64,000 nt of DNA from Eledone cirrhosa (GCA_964016885.1 OZ024761.1:4898001-4962000), one strand, 5' to 3'; counted from the first letter of the stretch, positions 1 through 14,070 are shown. Notes: a model not told the origin generated them from the sequence alone. Program-made: numbers and translations.

Positions 1-670
1 GGTCCATGTGTTCGACTACTTTAAATTGTGGACAACCTACACTAGCCTTATCTGTTTCTCTACAGAATACCCTATCTAAATACGATCTGGATGACCCGAT
101 GCGGTTTGCCCATGTCCACATTGGCACATTCAAAGAATCCAGTTTATACCTGACAGACAGTTCAAAACGTCTGAGCAGGTTGTTGAGGCTTTTGCACCCT
201 CCTCCCCTGTCTACTAGCCCCACATAATCCCAGCATGCATCTAAGATCCCGTTCCAGTCGCCCACTAACACTAAAGGGCGAGACGTTCCAAGAAAAGTCT
301 CGAGACGTCTGAAGAAATTTGGCCGTCCTACCCCTGTTGGGGCGTAGACGGCTACTAGCCTGAAAGCATTGCCTTCGCTGCCGGTCACGTCCAACATCAC
401 CGACTTACCTTCTGGATCCAAGAAGATGGCCCGTATGGCGAGATCCAAGCCTCTCCGAAAAAGCACAGCAACTCCTCCTCCCGATCCTGGACGGCTGGGA
501 GATGCGTATACATCGTAGCCGCCGATGATCGGTGCGAAGGCTCGTGCTTCGGAGATTCTGGTCTCGCTGATGGCCACCACAACTATGTTTAGTGACCTGA
601 GGTTGTTGAGCAGGTGACCCTGCTTCCAAGATGACCCCAGGCCACGTAAATTTATACTGCCTATTCTAAG
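1..670 (-). mobile_element. L1/Tx1-clade non-LTR retrotransposon, APE endonuclease domain at the start of ORF2; frame runs off the left edge of the window
   Basis: Manual minus-strand translation gives LRIGSINLRGL...VVAISETR...GGGVAVLF...LVAVYAP...VLVGDWNGILD...WTWAN...SYLDRVF, i.e. the APE motifs N.RGL, ET, GGVA, VYAP, GDFN and SRLD. It is probably missing from the ORF track because it has no stop inside the window. Confidence 0.85.
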
Positions 671-719
671 TACGGTCCTGCTGCGTGAGGAACGGTGTAA
701 GTGATAAAGTAACACTTAC

Positions 720-1010
720 CTTGTATTTCGTTGATATTGTTGCTGTTGCTATTGTTATTGTTGTTGTTGCTGTTGTTGTGGTTGTCACCGTTGTTGATAT
801 TGTCGTTTTTGTTGTTGTTGATATTGTTGTATTTGTTGTCGTTTTTTGTTTTTGTTGGTGTTGTTGTCATTATTGCAGTTGTTGTTGATGGTGCTTTTGT
901 CGTTCTTGTTCACGACTGTTTCTTTTTTTTTACTGTTTTTCGTAATGTCGCTGTTGTTGTTGCTGTTGTCATTGTTGTTGGTGGTGGTGGTGTTGGCGAT
1001 ATTGCCTGAT
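720..1010. repeat. degenerate (GTT)n microsatellite
   Basis: Seen directly; accounts for the poly-V/L/N ORFs here. Confidence 0.95.
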
Positions 1011-1339
1011 GTGTTGTTACATTTTAAAATTGTTGCGGGAGGGGCAGCGTTATTAGCCTCAAAGCTTGACTCGCTGTCGCAAGACAGCAAACTCAAAGTT
1101 GGGGGGCGTGGCTCCGTCATGTTTGATTTTTCGATAAAAACTTTCTTTTAAACACACAAAGGTTAAATATTTAGGCCAAAAGGCTCAAATATTATGGGGA
1201 GTCCTTTCTTGGGGTAAAAGACTAAAGTCTTATTTCCCATTTGAAACAAAAATAATAATAACAAACGTATTTCAAACCGTAGAAAAAAACAAACTTACGA
1301 GCTCACGATAGTACGTCCATTCGCTTTAATGATTTCTAG

Positions 1340-1535
1340 TATAGGAACAAGGCCAGCAATTTTAAGGGAGGGTAAAGTCAATTAAATCGACCCCAGTACA
1401 TTACTGGTGCCTTATTTTATCGACTCCGTGAGGATGAAAGGCAAATCAACCTCGGCGGGATTGAGCTCAGAATGTTGAGAGTCATAACTCTATGCTGTGA
1501 AGCACGGTGATGTTCTGCTGATACTGCCGAACCAC
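1340..1535 (-). mobile_element. tRNA-derived SINE, family A. Other copies at ~3685-3812, 7800-7920, 24000-24075, 26410-26570, 26590-26770, 27880-28070 and 46590-46780
   Basis: Shared core ggcacaaggccagcaat...tttatcgacccc...ggatgaaaggcaaag...cctcggcgggatttgaactcaga recurs across the window; its reverse complement has a B-box-like GAGTTCAAAT. Confidence 0.8.
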
Positions 1536-1747
1536 CAATAAAGACGATTTGTTATGTTTTCATTACATTTATTGAGTAGAGACGCGCGTTTCGCTATTGA
1601 TAAACTCATGGGTCAATCTGTATTGACTCATTATTTAGCCTTAATAAGTTAATTATTTTTACATGTATTTCATTACTGCACTAGGGCTTGATGAATACAG
1701 CCACAAGGATATGGTCCGAACGTGGAAGAGCCGAACTTCCACTGTCA

Positions 1748-2460
1748 TCACCCCCATCTCTCTCGCCCTCCCCATCTCTCAGTATGGTAAGCAAATGTGG
1801 TCGCACGTGCTAGCCTCCCTACAGCCCCGGCGGACAGAATGGAGAAGGCGTTTCCCCGAAGGGTGGTAAAGGAGATGCGTTGGAAGAGCCATTCCAACTC
1901 GCGAGGCTCACACCTGCGGCTGCCCAGCTCAGCGCCTATGGTGGTGAGTAGAGAGGTAGCCCTAGGGCCAAGGACACCAGAAGTCTCCACTGCTACAGGT
2001 AGCCAGCTCAGCGCCTATGGTGGTGAGTAGAGAGGTAGCCCTAGGGCCAAGGACACCAGAAGTCTCCACTGCTACAGGTAGCCAGCTCAGCGCCTATGGT
2101 GGTGAGTAGAGAGGTAGCCCTAGGGCCAAGGACACCAGAAGTCTCCACTGCTACAGGTAGCCAGCTCAGCGCCTATGGTGGTGAGTAGAGAGGTAGCCCT
2201 AGGGCCAAGGACACCAGAAGTCTCCACTGCTACAGGTAGCCAGCTCAGCGCCTATGGTGGTGAGTAGAGAGGTAGCCCTAGGGCCAAGGACACCAGAAGT
2301 CTCCACTGCTACAGGTAGCCAGCTCAACGCCTATGGTGGTGAGTAGGGGGGTAGCCCTAGGGCCAAGGAACCAGAAGTCTCCACTGCTACAGGTAGCCAG
2401 CTCAGCGCCTATGGTGGTGAGAGGGAGGTAGCCCTAAGTCCAAGGACACCAGAATTCTCC
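1748..2460 (-). mobile_element. 3' fragment of a CRE-like retrotransposon (restriction-like endonuclease end) with an internal 79-bp tandem expansion
   Basis: PVAVETSGVLGP...WLFQRISFTTLRGNAFSIL matches the P..vET.G..G...l.QRis....RGNa C-terminal signature of CRE-type RLE domains. Confidence 0.7.
1925..2460. repeat. 79-bp minisatellite, about 7 copies
   Basis: Unit cagctcagcgcctatggtggtgagtagagaggtagccctagggccaaggacaccagaagtctccactgctacaggtagc. Confidence 0.95.
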
Positions 2461-3419
2461 AATATATATTAAGGCTAAATAGTGAGCCTTGTTTCCCTGG
2501 AGTTTCGCCTGTTTACCACAGGGTCATCAGGCAAGAACTAACGTTTTAATGGCAGACACGGTATATATATGGAAGACTTGGGATGGTGGAGGAGGTCATT
2601 ATAATAGGGAAGTGGTAATTATGATAAGGGTATGTGTGTGTATGTGTGTGTATTTGTTTGTATGTGTGTGTATGTGTTGTGTGTGTGTATAAGTGTTGTG
2701 TGTGTGTGTGTGTGTGTTTGTGAGTGTGTGTGTGTGTCTGTGTGTGTACTTCTTTGTATGTATGTGTATGTGTGTGTGTATGTGTGTATGTTTGTGTGTA
2801 TGTGTGTATATGTGTTGTGTGTGTATCAGTGCTGTGAGTGTGTGTGCGTGTGTGTGCGTGTGTGTGCGCGCGCGTGTGTGTGTATTTATGCTTGAGTGAA
2901 TGTGTATTTATGCTTGAGATATTTCGAGGAAAATATTTTACAAAAAGTAAGAAATAAAGTTTGAATTTGAATAAAAAACACAAGAAATGAAAGGAGGTCA
3001 AATGTTTTTAGCTTAAAATTGTGACTCAAATCTTAGATTTTATTTATATTGTAGAAACTGTGACGATAGCAACTCTATAGACAATGGCACTGGAATTTCT
3101 TACGTAATCATATGAACCAGTAATATCGTTGGAGGTGTAGAAAAACAAATGCGATGCGATTTCGTCAGTACTCCCTCCTCTGCCATATATGGTACAGGTT
3201 GGGTGGAGTCCCTTTAATCCGGCATTCGATAGTCCGATTCGCTCCCTCTTCCACAATCCGGCCTGATTCGAATCCGCCTCCAAGCTGCTAAACTTTGTTT
3301 TTTTCGCAGCCAAGTATTTGGATTAATACAGTCCTTCCTGGTCGTACCTGTTATTAACCAGGATGTTAACCCTTCAAAATGCCATCCAAAGAACTAAGAT
3401 TCTCGGTTTAGAAATTACA

Positions 3420-3670
3420 TTAGTTTCAGTCTTAAGTCTGTCTGAAAACTGGAAGCTCATAAGGCCGGTGTTTATTCCGGTTTCTGTGACGTGAGACAAC
3501 TGAGAGTACAAGACTCCACCCTGGACAGGACGCCAGTCCACCACAGGGTTAAACTCCCAGCTATTGCTACTGGTACTAATTTTCAACTGAGTATATTGGA
3601 GAAATGTGAAATGAAGTGTTTTGCTCAAGAACACAACCCAGCCAGGAATTGAATCCACAACCTTAGTAAT
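3420..3670 (-). mobile_element. tRNA-derived SINE, family B. Related pieces at ~10060-10145, 43470-43615 and 57680-59490
   Basis: Core gtgttcttgagcaaaacacttcatttcac and a B-box-like GGATTCAATTCC on the minus strand; recurs elsewhere. Confidence 0.7.
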
Positions 3671-4425
3671 AATTGTCTCTGATTTAGGCACAAGGCCAAC
3701 AACTTTTGGGGGAAAGAAAAGTCGATTAAATCGACTTCAGTGCGATAGTGATATTTTATTTTATCGGCCCCGTGAGGGTGAAAGGCAAAGCTGAATTTGG
3801 CGAGATTTGAGCCAACCCAATATATATATGTTGGGAGATAGAGCAATGACTAACACTGTTAGGTCCCAAGAAACCTCTCACAATCAAGCGATGTATTATG
3901 ACTAGGTAAATAAAGGCCACCTCAACATCGCCTTCTTCCCCAGTTTTCACGGGTCTGACAAAATTACCAAAACAAGGGCTGGCGCGAATAAAATCACAAA
4001 AAACTTGCAGCACGTTCAGTATGGTGACACAACTCGCTAAAAATAGCAACCAAATTCCCTCAAAGCGCATTATACGATCTTTAAAAAAAAAATGTCACAT
4101 TGAATACATATAGTCCTAGATAACCTCTGCCTGAAATATTGAATGGTTATGGTTAGAATGCACTTGATGAAAAGTGTGCAAGGTCAGGGTTAATCCTGGA
4201 GAATTCCAATGATGGAATCTTGTTTCTCAGAAACGGGGCCTCGTTTATTGAAGACGAAACAAGATTTTATGACACCAACGGTAAGGAGAGAAAAACAACT
4301 GTCGCTAAATGGACGTCTTTGAAATGATATTTGGAACAATAAATGTCAATCATAGCAAATGCCACCTTTTCCAGCTATCCAAAGTTGCTAGACAGCTTGA
4401 GGGTGTGTTGTGTCAGATCACCAAG

Positions 4426-4481
<56 letters not shown>

Positions 4482-4484
<3 letters not shown>

Positions 4485-7067
4485 ATAAATAATGTGTGGT
4501 AAGATACTACTTATTGACTATAAAAAATGTAATATAAAAAGAACTAGGAAACAATTGCATAACATATTTAAAAACTTCAACTTAAGTATTACCTTAGATA
4601 ACAACATTAAAAACGTTAACTTCCTTGATGCTACCCTTTGCCTGGACTCTAAAATATATACTCCCTTTCATAAACCAAGCGAAAAACTACATTATGTAGA
4701 TACCAATTCTAACCACCCTAAATCTATATTAAACTCAATTACTAAAGGAATATCAAATACAATCTCTACTCTATCATATAATGAAACCATATTTAACAGT
4801 AATTCCCAATACTATAATGAGGCCTTAGCTAAATCAGGGCATAAAAATGAAATTAAATTTTTACCTATAAAATCACCTAGTTACAACATTATTTCTCACA
4901 ATATGGCCATGAATAAAAGTAATAAAAGTACTAGCCACTCTAACTCTAGTACGAAGGGTAATATCAAGCTTAACTCGCACCAGAATAAACACCCCAATAA
5001 TAATATAAACAGAAATATAAACAATACCTCAAATAACAATACAAAAAACAAAAATAGAAGAACTAATACATTTTTTAATCCCCCTTTCAATCTAAACGTC
5101 TCTACCAACTTGCCTAAGGCTTTCTTCTCAATCCTAGAAAAAACTTCCCAGTCGGCCACAAATACCATAATTTTACCAATAAAAATACCATTAACATCTC
5201 TTACTCTACCACACCTAACATCGCGTACCATATAGCTAGTAGTAATAAAAGGAAGATTAATAATTATTTGCAACTAATTAAATCACAACAGGGGGTGAAC
5301 TTACATAACAACATAGTACCAGAGAATTCTGGTAGCAATAATAGTAATAGCACTAATGAAATTAATAACAATGAGAATGATAACCACCATTACCCTAAAG
5401 CTATCCCTAACTACCATGCATCTACACGCCGTATTAACCAGTAAGTAAACAACCAGAATAACTGTAACTGTAGAACAAATAGAACTTTCCCCTTGGGAAA
5501 AAAATTGCTTAATCAAAGACATCATTTACTCATGCACAGTCAATACAAACAACACTTCAAAAACATATATCGGTTCTACTTCGAACTGCTTCAAGACGAG
5601 ATATAACTCGCATCTCCACACTTTCAAAAATTGCAATCTAGCCAACTCCACTTCTTCATCTAACTACATACACTCTCTGAAAACTAAGAATAGACCATAC
5701 ACACTTCAATGGGAGGTAGTAGATAAGGCCGCATCGTATAAACCACCAAATAAATTATGTAACCTCTCTCTTCTAGAGACTCACACTATAATCTATTCTA
5801 AACTAAACCTCTTAAATAGAAAATCAGAAATTTTTTCCATGTGCCAACACTACCACCGACACTCTTTCCACAACTTTAAACCTAGCTGAGAGTATATAAC
5901 AATGTCAGATCTGGATTCCTCACCACCATTAACACTTCGCCTCTAGGTTTTATCAGCATATAATTACTCCCAGAGCATTACATTCTATGATCAGCTCATT
6001 CCTCTTCTTACCTCCTATTTATCTCAAATTTTATACTCTACAATAACTATTAGGAATAAACATAAAGTTACCACCGTTTAATATAACTACTAAAACTTAC
6101 AAATATTTTATTCATTTAATTAATATATGGGTAGGTAGTAATAAAATAAGACCTTTAATGTATTATAGGAAAAAAGATTGTATTTAAAATTAAATATACA
6201 AATTTAAAAATAAATAGCATTATATAAAAGGATTCACTTATAACATAATATATTGTATATTAACGTATATAATTTAACTAATTGGAGCTGTAAACAACTA
6301 TATACAAATTAATCGCCAATTACCTTCCCTTTCACATTAGCTCCCCTTAATATAGATATCTAATTCACTTCCTGAAATTATACCGTTAGACAGATCACGC
6401 TAGAACAACTCGAACCCTTGATAAGATTGTAATAGGACCAATATACAATCCATAGTTGTAACTACTGATAAACATTTACTAAAATTTAACCAATGTAATG
6501 GAAAGGAAAACCTTAATATTAATACTCACAACACATGCACATTTGAACATTACCGGAACAATAATCACATTACATCCATCATAAACTTCATAGAAACTGC
6601 TTTTCATACACAAGCATCTCTGTCTGCTTAATATGCTGTTATACTTGTATTGGATTATGTGATACCTTTGCCATACTGTGTTATATATGCTTAGTACCAT
6701 TACTTGTTTCCTACCTGGTTATTCTGTACATGCCTAACACATCTGCACTCTTTCTATACGTTTGCCTATGTACCGCTAATGTCCTCGTTTTGCGAGTAAC
6801 TTTCTTCTTTAGTTCCTCTATAATTGTTGTATTATTCTTTTATAATCTTTGTCGCATCCACTGATACTGACCTCATCATCTTCACTCTTTAAATATTACA
6901 CTGTTAATGACAACACTAACATCTATGTATCTTTACGATTGTTCTGTGGAATAGGAGGTTAATTATATGTCTAAACTTTGGTAGTGCTCCGATGAATCCA
7001 AACGAAAGTTTGGAAGAAACGATTGTCAGCAATAAAATGTTTTGAACATAGTTTTGATTATTCTGTA
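4482..7067 (+). mobile_element. 5'-truncated, decayed Penelope-like element (end of RT, GIY-YIG, 3' region with hammerhead) between (TA)n arrays
   Basis: ORF 4492-5235 has VNFLDATL, PFHKP, SNHPKSIL and YNEAL. Downstream frameshifted CNCR..., YSCTV...TYIGSTSNCFKTRYNSH (GIY-YIG). Homologous to the 500-aa ORF at 17494. Confidence 0.9.
6985..7031 (+). ncRNA. type I hammerhead ribozyme (U4C core variant)
   Basis: tgct-CCGATGA-a-tccaaac/gaaa/gtttgga-a-GAAAC-gatt-GTC-agca: stems I and II pair; AATAAA follows. Confidence 0.8.
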
Positions 7068-7094
<27 letters not shown>

Positions 7095-7098
<4 letters not shown>

Positions 7099-7656
7099 CA
7101 GCTATATCGCGGTAATCCTCGCTACATCGCGAACTTTTCTTTAGAACATATCTATTTTATTATCGCGGTACTTACGTCTAATAAAAAATGTTTACATTTT
7201 AAACACATTAAATAAGTTTCAATGTGATTGAAGTGTATATCGTAAGGAAGGGACATCTTAAGGATTTGACTATCAAAAATGTGTTTTTATTTGTCATTCC
7301 TTTACTGTTTTACTGATTGTGGTGTTCTCTAATCTACAACAAACCCTTCATAGATTGATGGGAGATGTGCAGTGTATTACCAAGTGGCTACCGTGGCTGG
7401 CAATGGCTCTCATTGGTAACTAGTGGTATGATCGTTGGTGGTAGTTTCTATACGATCGTTACTGGCTGTTTTTCGTGTTTAAATACAAAAGTGTTTTAAT
7501 GAGTTTGTATGTACTTAAAGTGTGTAGGAGAGGTATTTTAAGGCTTAAACTAGGAAAACAACGGTTGTCTTTATGGTCTCTCTATATCGCGGATTTTCAT
7601 TTATCGCGGTTGGTTCTGGAACTTATCCCCCGCGATAAGCGGAGGCGAGGGGTTTA

Positions 7657-7660
<4 letters not shown>
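7095..7660. mobile_element. Tc1/mariner (Tigger/pogo-like) non-autonomous DNA transposon relic
   Basis: Right end ...gcgaggggtttactg|TA; degenerate left end gtaatcctcgctacatcgcg; repeated atcgcgg subterminal motifs. Confidence 0.55.
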
Positions 7661-7741
<81 letters not shown>

Positions 7742-8552
7742 AATACACACACTAACAAGCACATATCATATATATATATATATATATGTATATATTGGGT
7801 TGGCTCAAATCCCGCCTAAGTTAGCGTCACCTTTCACCCTTAAATAAAGTATCATTAACGAACTGAAGTCGATATAATCGACTCTCCCCTCCCTCAAATA
7901 GCTGCCCTTATGCCTATAGTGGAAATAATATTATTATTGTGCGACACTCTTTATATAGGCCTTTACTTAAAATATCTGGGACATTAACTAACAAAAAAAT
8001 ATTAGTTTAGACATACTTTAATTAGTCTCGGCTTTACATTATATGTTGCCATTATAGCGAATGTTTTGTTCAAATGGCACCACCACTTTTCGACTGCATT
8101 CGTAAGCTTGCCTGCAACCAGAGCTTCGATTATGCTGTAGTACCTTCTTGTATATATAACAGGGACACTGGGTTGTGTGTATAATGTTTATTTAACATGG
8201 TTGAGTTATGTAGAGCAGAATGGTTGACATGCCAAGAGTAGATGAAAGAAATGAAGTAAAGTTATTTGTTACCGTTTTGAAGTCATCTCGCAAGAGACCA
8301 AGTGGTCTTTACATTATCATGTTCAGGTTGCCAGAGAGTATACCCTCGGCGGGGCGGAACACGCCTGGCCGAAGCCCAGCAGCCGAAAGGGCAAATGAGA
8401 GGGAGACAGCTTTGAGCTGTGCCTTTTATATGGTCCCTGGACGGAAGTGAGAAAGAAGGCAACCACAACGGGAAGTAACTCCAGCTACTTCCTGTCTAGA
8501 GAGCATTACTCTACTGGTGATGTGATCGTCACAACAAGGGAGGCAACTCTTG

Positions 8553-8610
<58 letters not shown>

Positions 8611-9270
8611 TGAAACAGAAAACAAAAAAACAACGAGGATGCGAAGAGGCAATACAAAATGTTAATATTAGTTTCACGCTTGAGAGTAGGAGGGTGGGGA
8701 CGACGTTTCGGGCATAAGCCCGTCATCAGCAGAAAAGTAGGCAGGAAAAGTAGGCAGGAAAAGAGTTCCGGTGGTGTGAGGGGGTGGGGTGGAAAGACAT
8801 TAAAAAGGGGGGGGGGTAGAGAGTGAAAAAATTAAAATGAAACAAGTGGTGAAAGGGTGTGAGGCGTGTAGAGGTGGTGGTGGGTGGATGGAGGGGGGAG
8901 AGGGGAGTTCGAGCGGGTAGGACTGAATGTGATGTGTGTCTATGTGTGTAGGTGTACGCGTGTGTGTGTGTGTGTGTGGATGTGAATGTGAGAGTTGGGG
9001 GAAGAACGAAGTTCCATGTTCGGGTAATAGGGAAACCGGTGAGTACATGGGGTGGGGTGTAAGTCGGTGTGTGTGTGCGTGTGGATGAAAAGGAGGCAGA
9101 GAGGTGGGGAGAGGGGGCGTGTGGAGTCCGGAGGCTGAGTGTGTGTATGTGAGGATACGCATGTGTGTGTGTGTTTTTGTGTGGTGTGGATGGATGGTTG
9201 CGAAGTGCAAAAATAGTGTGCATGTGTGTGTGCGTGTTCCTGGATGTTTTCCCACGCACTGTAGGAATAC

Positions 9271-9316
<46 letters not shown>

Positions 9317-9742
9317 CGGGTAAAATTCCCGATATATATATATATATATATACATACACACACACATATATAGTGGAAATGCCTTTCAAACAAAACATTC
9401 GCTATTATGACGGGGATGGAGGTAACCATAGTTCAAAAAGGTACTTAGCAGAGTTACAGGTATCTTTATTATATATATATAGCAATTACTTCTACAGGAC
9501 TAATAATGTTTCATTCGTATGGAATCAGATTCCTAATGATTTCATACGAATGAAGCAGTTCTATTTCTATAGAAGTCATTTCTTCCCCACCTTCACACAT
9601 TAAAATACGCTCATCAGATCTCAGACCACCTGCTGTTTTAATGATTTAACTGAAATGACTGCAAACAATAGGTGGCTCGTATCAACGGAGAAATAAATAT
9701 CTTCGTTGGTATGTTTCTGTTGGGACAGGTCAGAGAGAGAGA

Positions 9743-9825
<83 letters not shown>

Positions 9826-10651
9826 AGTCCGTCCACTCGACTTGCCTTTCTGTCGACCACACATAGTTACTCCTAATTTGGTTACCTCCTCTTCCCTTAT
9901 CTTACCTATTGTTTTTTATTTATAAATCTCCCTTTCTCGTTATACAAATTTTACACTGATACACTTTACCTACACCGCCTTACTAGTTGTCTTCTCTCCC
10001 TTATCCTTTCTAAACCTTACACTTTCCAGATTTTACCTTGTCCCATCCTATACTGTATGAAGGCGCATGACCGGGTGATGTGTTGTTTCCTTGAGCAAGA
10101 CACTTTATTTCACATTGCTCCAGTTTACTCAGCTGTAGAAATGAGATGATAGAGACTGGGATCCCTATCATTAAATTACCCAAGACACCCCCAACGAGAT
10201 ATACCTTGGAGGAGGCCAGCTAAACCTGCATAGGTGTGAGCTGTCACACACACACAATAGTTATTATTACTTCCTGGTGTTTCAACTGTCTTACACCCCC
10301 CTAATAATAACTGGTTATAGTTTCTATTCCTCTTCTCTAAACTTATTATCCTTTATTTTTATTGTGTCCCTAAAATCTTCTCAACCTTTTATTATTTCCC
10401 TTCCTTTTCTCTTTTTTACAATCATTCACTTTATTTTTAATTAAACAGCAATACTTAATTATCTCCCATTTTCATTAATGATCTCCCTTTGAATGATATT
10501 TACTTCCTCAATTTCAAACCAACACAAGATGGCTGCTATAACACTTTTTCACTTCCAACCTTTTAACATCAACATTCCATATTTAAAGTAAGTCTTTCAC
10601 TTCGGTGATATGATTTCATTTATGAGTTGATATGTTGTAAAGAATATTTTA

Positions 10652-10774
10652 GGCTCTGATGATAATTTTGACACACTTATTTATTTATATTTAATGGACT
10701 AATATCGATTTATATTTGATATCTCAACATCTATGTCCATTCTTACTGTGCAGTATTGAAACAACTTGTCTGCC
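10652..10774 (+). ncRNA. type I hammerhead-like motif with long stem II
   Basis: ggct-CTGATGA-...-GAAAC-aactt-GTC-tgcc; U-U mismatch at the base of stem I; followed by attaaa and a (TA)n array. Confidence 0.6.
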
Positions 10775-10826
10775 ATTAAATAGACATATGTATTCATAAA
10801 TCTTTGTTGTTCTCTCCAGCATTTTA

Positions 10827-10920
<94 letters not shown>

Positions 10921-10941
10921 ATAATAATAAAATTGAAGACT

Positions 10942-11006
<65 letters not shown>

Positions 11007-11027
11007 ATAATAATAAAATTGAAGACT

Positions 11028-11091
<64 letters not shown>

Positions 11092-11812
11092 ATGAATGAA
11101 GAGTAACATGGTTGGCTGTACAACAAGGGGCTTTATTGCAGGTATTGACAATTGTTTTTATTGACCAGGTGAGTCTAGGGGTCGCTAATCACTCGAAGTT
11201 GCGTCACTCGATCTCCATTACATTATTTACCTCTGACCAACTTTTCAGAATATAAAAACAATTCGCTCAAGGCAAGTTATATATAGAAAAATAGCGTATA
11301 ATCAAAACAATAACATCAATAATAAAATATATATTAGAAATAGGTAAAGAAGTTACAGATGTAAAAAGTAAAAAGTAAAAGATAAGAAAAAATATACAGT
11401 AAAAAGTAAGAAAACGGAAAAATATAAAGAAATCAGGATAAGTGAGGGCATGTAAATACAGACTATGATAGTGGTGGTGGTGAGTAAGTGTCCGTATAGG
11501 ATTCTGTGGTGGGTTTAGTGCTAACATGATAAGTCATATTCGAAACATACATAGATACGTGTAGAGAGTCTGATGTAGTGACAAATGAAAGAAAAAGCAA
11601 TAAATTAGAGATTAATTGGGAGATACTAGTATGAGATTTAAGGGCTTTCACTATTATTACTCCAAATATAACCTACATAGGAATTACTGCGAACTCGTTG
11701 CCTAACTATGGAAACATCTTTTTGAGTTAAACAAGGCCGTACGTTAAAACAATCCACAACGCAGAGTACTCACAACCTCTAACTGGATTACCTATAACGA
11801 TAAATTGTTATC

Positions 11813-11861
<49 letters not shown>

Positions 11862-12046
11862 GATAAATCTACCAAGAGTTTACGGTAGTGTCCAATCCGT
11901 ATGAAGAACTCAATGTATTCCGGATATCATGGAAAGAAGAGATGTAATGAAAATCCACTTTCGGTGAAAGATAAACGGTATACAGAGTCAAGATAAAATA
12001 TTAAACAAATAATGAATAAACAATTCCTTATATTAAACAAAAAAAG

Positions 12047-12201
12047 TTCATTATTTAACGATCGTTTCTAGGGTATATATGTGTTATAATTGGTATGCAT
12101 ATTCAACAGATCTATGTACAAAATTATACAAAATTATACAAATTATCAAGATTAAATATACATACCTAACACATATATACGCCGTCTTCAGAAATAATGA
12201 A
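12047..12201 (-). ncRNA. type I hammerhead ribozyme (mirror copy of 22662-22816)
   Basis: Reverse complement of the right-arm motif, with one substitution at 12164. Confidence 0.75.
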
Positions 12202-13030
12202 GTATATTTATTGATAATAACAACAATTCAAAATATCAGTTCAAAATTGACCAATGAAAACACAAAGGGTTAAAAGCAGTTCGGTGTGTGTATATACATG
12301 TAAAATCCTTACACATATTTTACAATAATGTGTGTATAATTTGTATGCGCATACTAAAAAGATGGATGCAAACACAAAATTTCAAGGTTAATATCTCTGT
12401 AAGCTTAATGCGCTGATAAGATGCGCATTGATACTTATGGAGTCAAGCATATAAATATATTTTTTCATACTCACACATATCAGTATAATCACACATACAT
12501 GCGCGTATATGCATAAATATACACATAACCACGAACATACAAACACACACACTCCCCCACTCACATTTATATATGTGGATATAAAATCATAAGCACATAG
12601 AAATTAAGTCACTCACATAAAACACTGGCACACACATTTCAAGATCAAGATACAGAAATTAGGTGGGAGGGGGGGGAGGGGTCAGTATTCAATTGTCTGA
12701 GCAGACTGCCTAATATAAATGTATCTATAAATTAAGAAAAATAAAAAAATAAAAACAATAAAATATAATAAATATAATATAATGTACATACACATACAGA
12801 TATACATACACATACATACATGTACGCGCACATAGAGATATTTACGCATACACACATACACACATACATATACAGTCATACACACACATACACTTACACG
12901 AACATACACATACACATATAAAAAGATATATATATACACACACACACGCGCAACACATACACACATACACATATATATAAAAAATAGATAATAAAGATAT
13001 ATATCCATATATATATATATACACACACAG

Positions 13031-13067
<37 letters not shown>

Positions 13068-13162
13068 CATATACATACATATACATACACATACATCTAA
13101 ATATACATACACATACATACACACATACATGTACATACATGTACATACATATACGCACATCG

Positions 13163-13210
<48 letters not shown>

Positions 13211-13593
13211 TCACATAGACATAAAGATACATACACACACAACTTACATACACACGTATATATATATATATATAGACGTACCTTCATACATAGAATTAGA
13301 TATATAATCATACATACATATGCACCTACTTATACTCATATAAATAAATACATACGCTTCCATATATGTGTATATACATAAAAAACAATACAACCTCACC
13401 AAACTCAGACATACAAATGAAAATAATAATAAAAAGGCATATGTATATACATACACACACGCATTAATAGAGATATATATATATACACACATACATACAC
13501 ATATATATATACATACACACACACATATATATACACATACATATATATATATATATATATACATACATATATATATATACACACACACATAGA

Positions 13594-13632
<39 letters not shown>

Positions 13633-14070
13633 ATATATATCCACACACTCATACCACCATAAATACACATACAAACACCCACATGCATATATATATATAT
13701 ATCTACATACACACACGTATACATATATATATATATATACATACACATATATATATATACACACACATAAAAAGCAGACATGCACATATATATATATATA
13801 TATATTTCATTACTCTTATATATACACATATTATATATACATACACAACCTCACTTATACACATATACACATAAGTTATATTACAATAATAATAAAGAAT
13901 AATATACATATATATATATACATATACATATATATATATATATATATATACATACATACATACACATACATACATACACATAAATATATACATACATAAA
14001 TACACACATACGAATAAAGACATATATTCACACATAGACACCTATATATATATATATATATATATATATC

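Noticed and set aside
4216-4266. hairpin aatcttgtttc...gaaacaagatt as a ribozyme or terminator
   Set aside because: There is no correctly ordered catalytic core, and the context is eukaryotic; a short inverted repeat can arise by chance.
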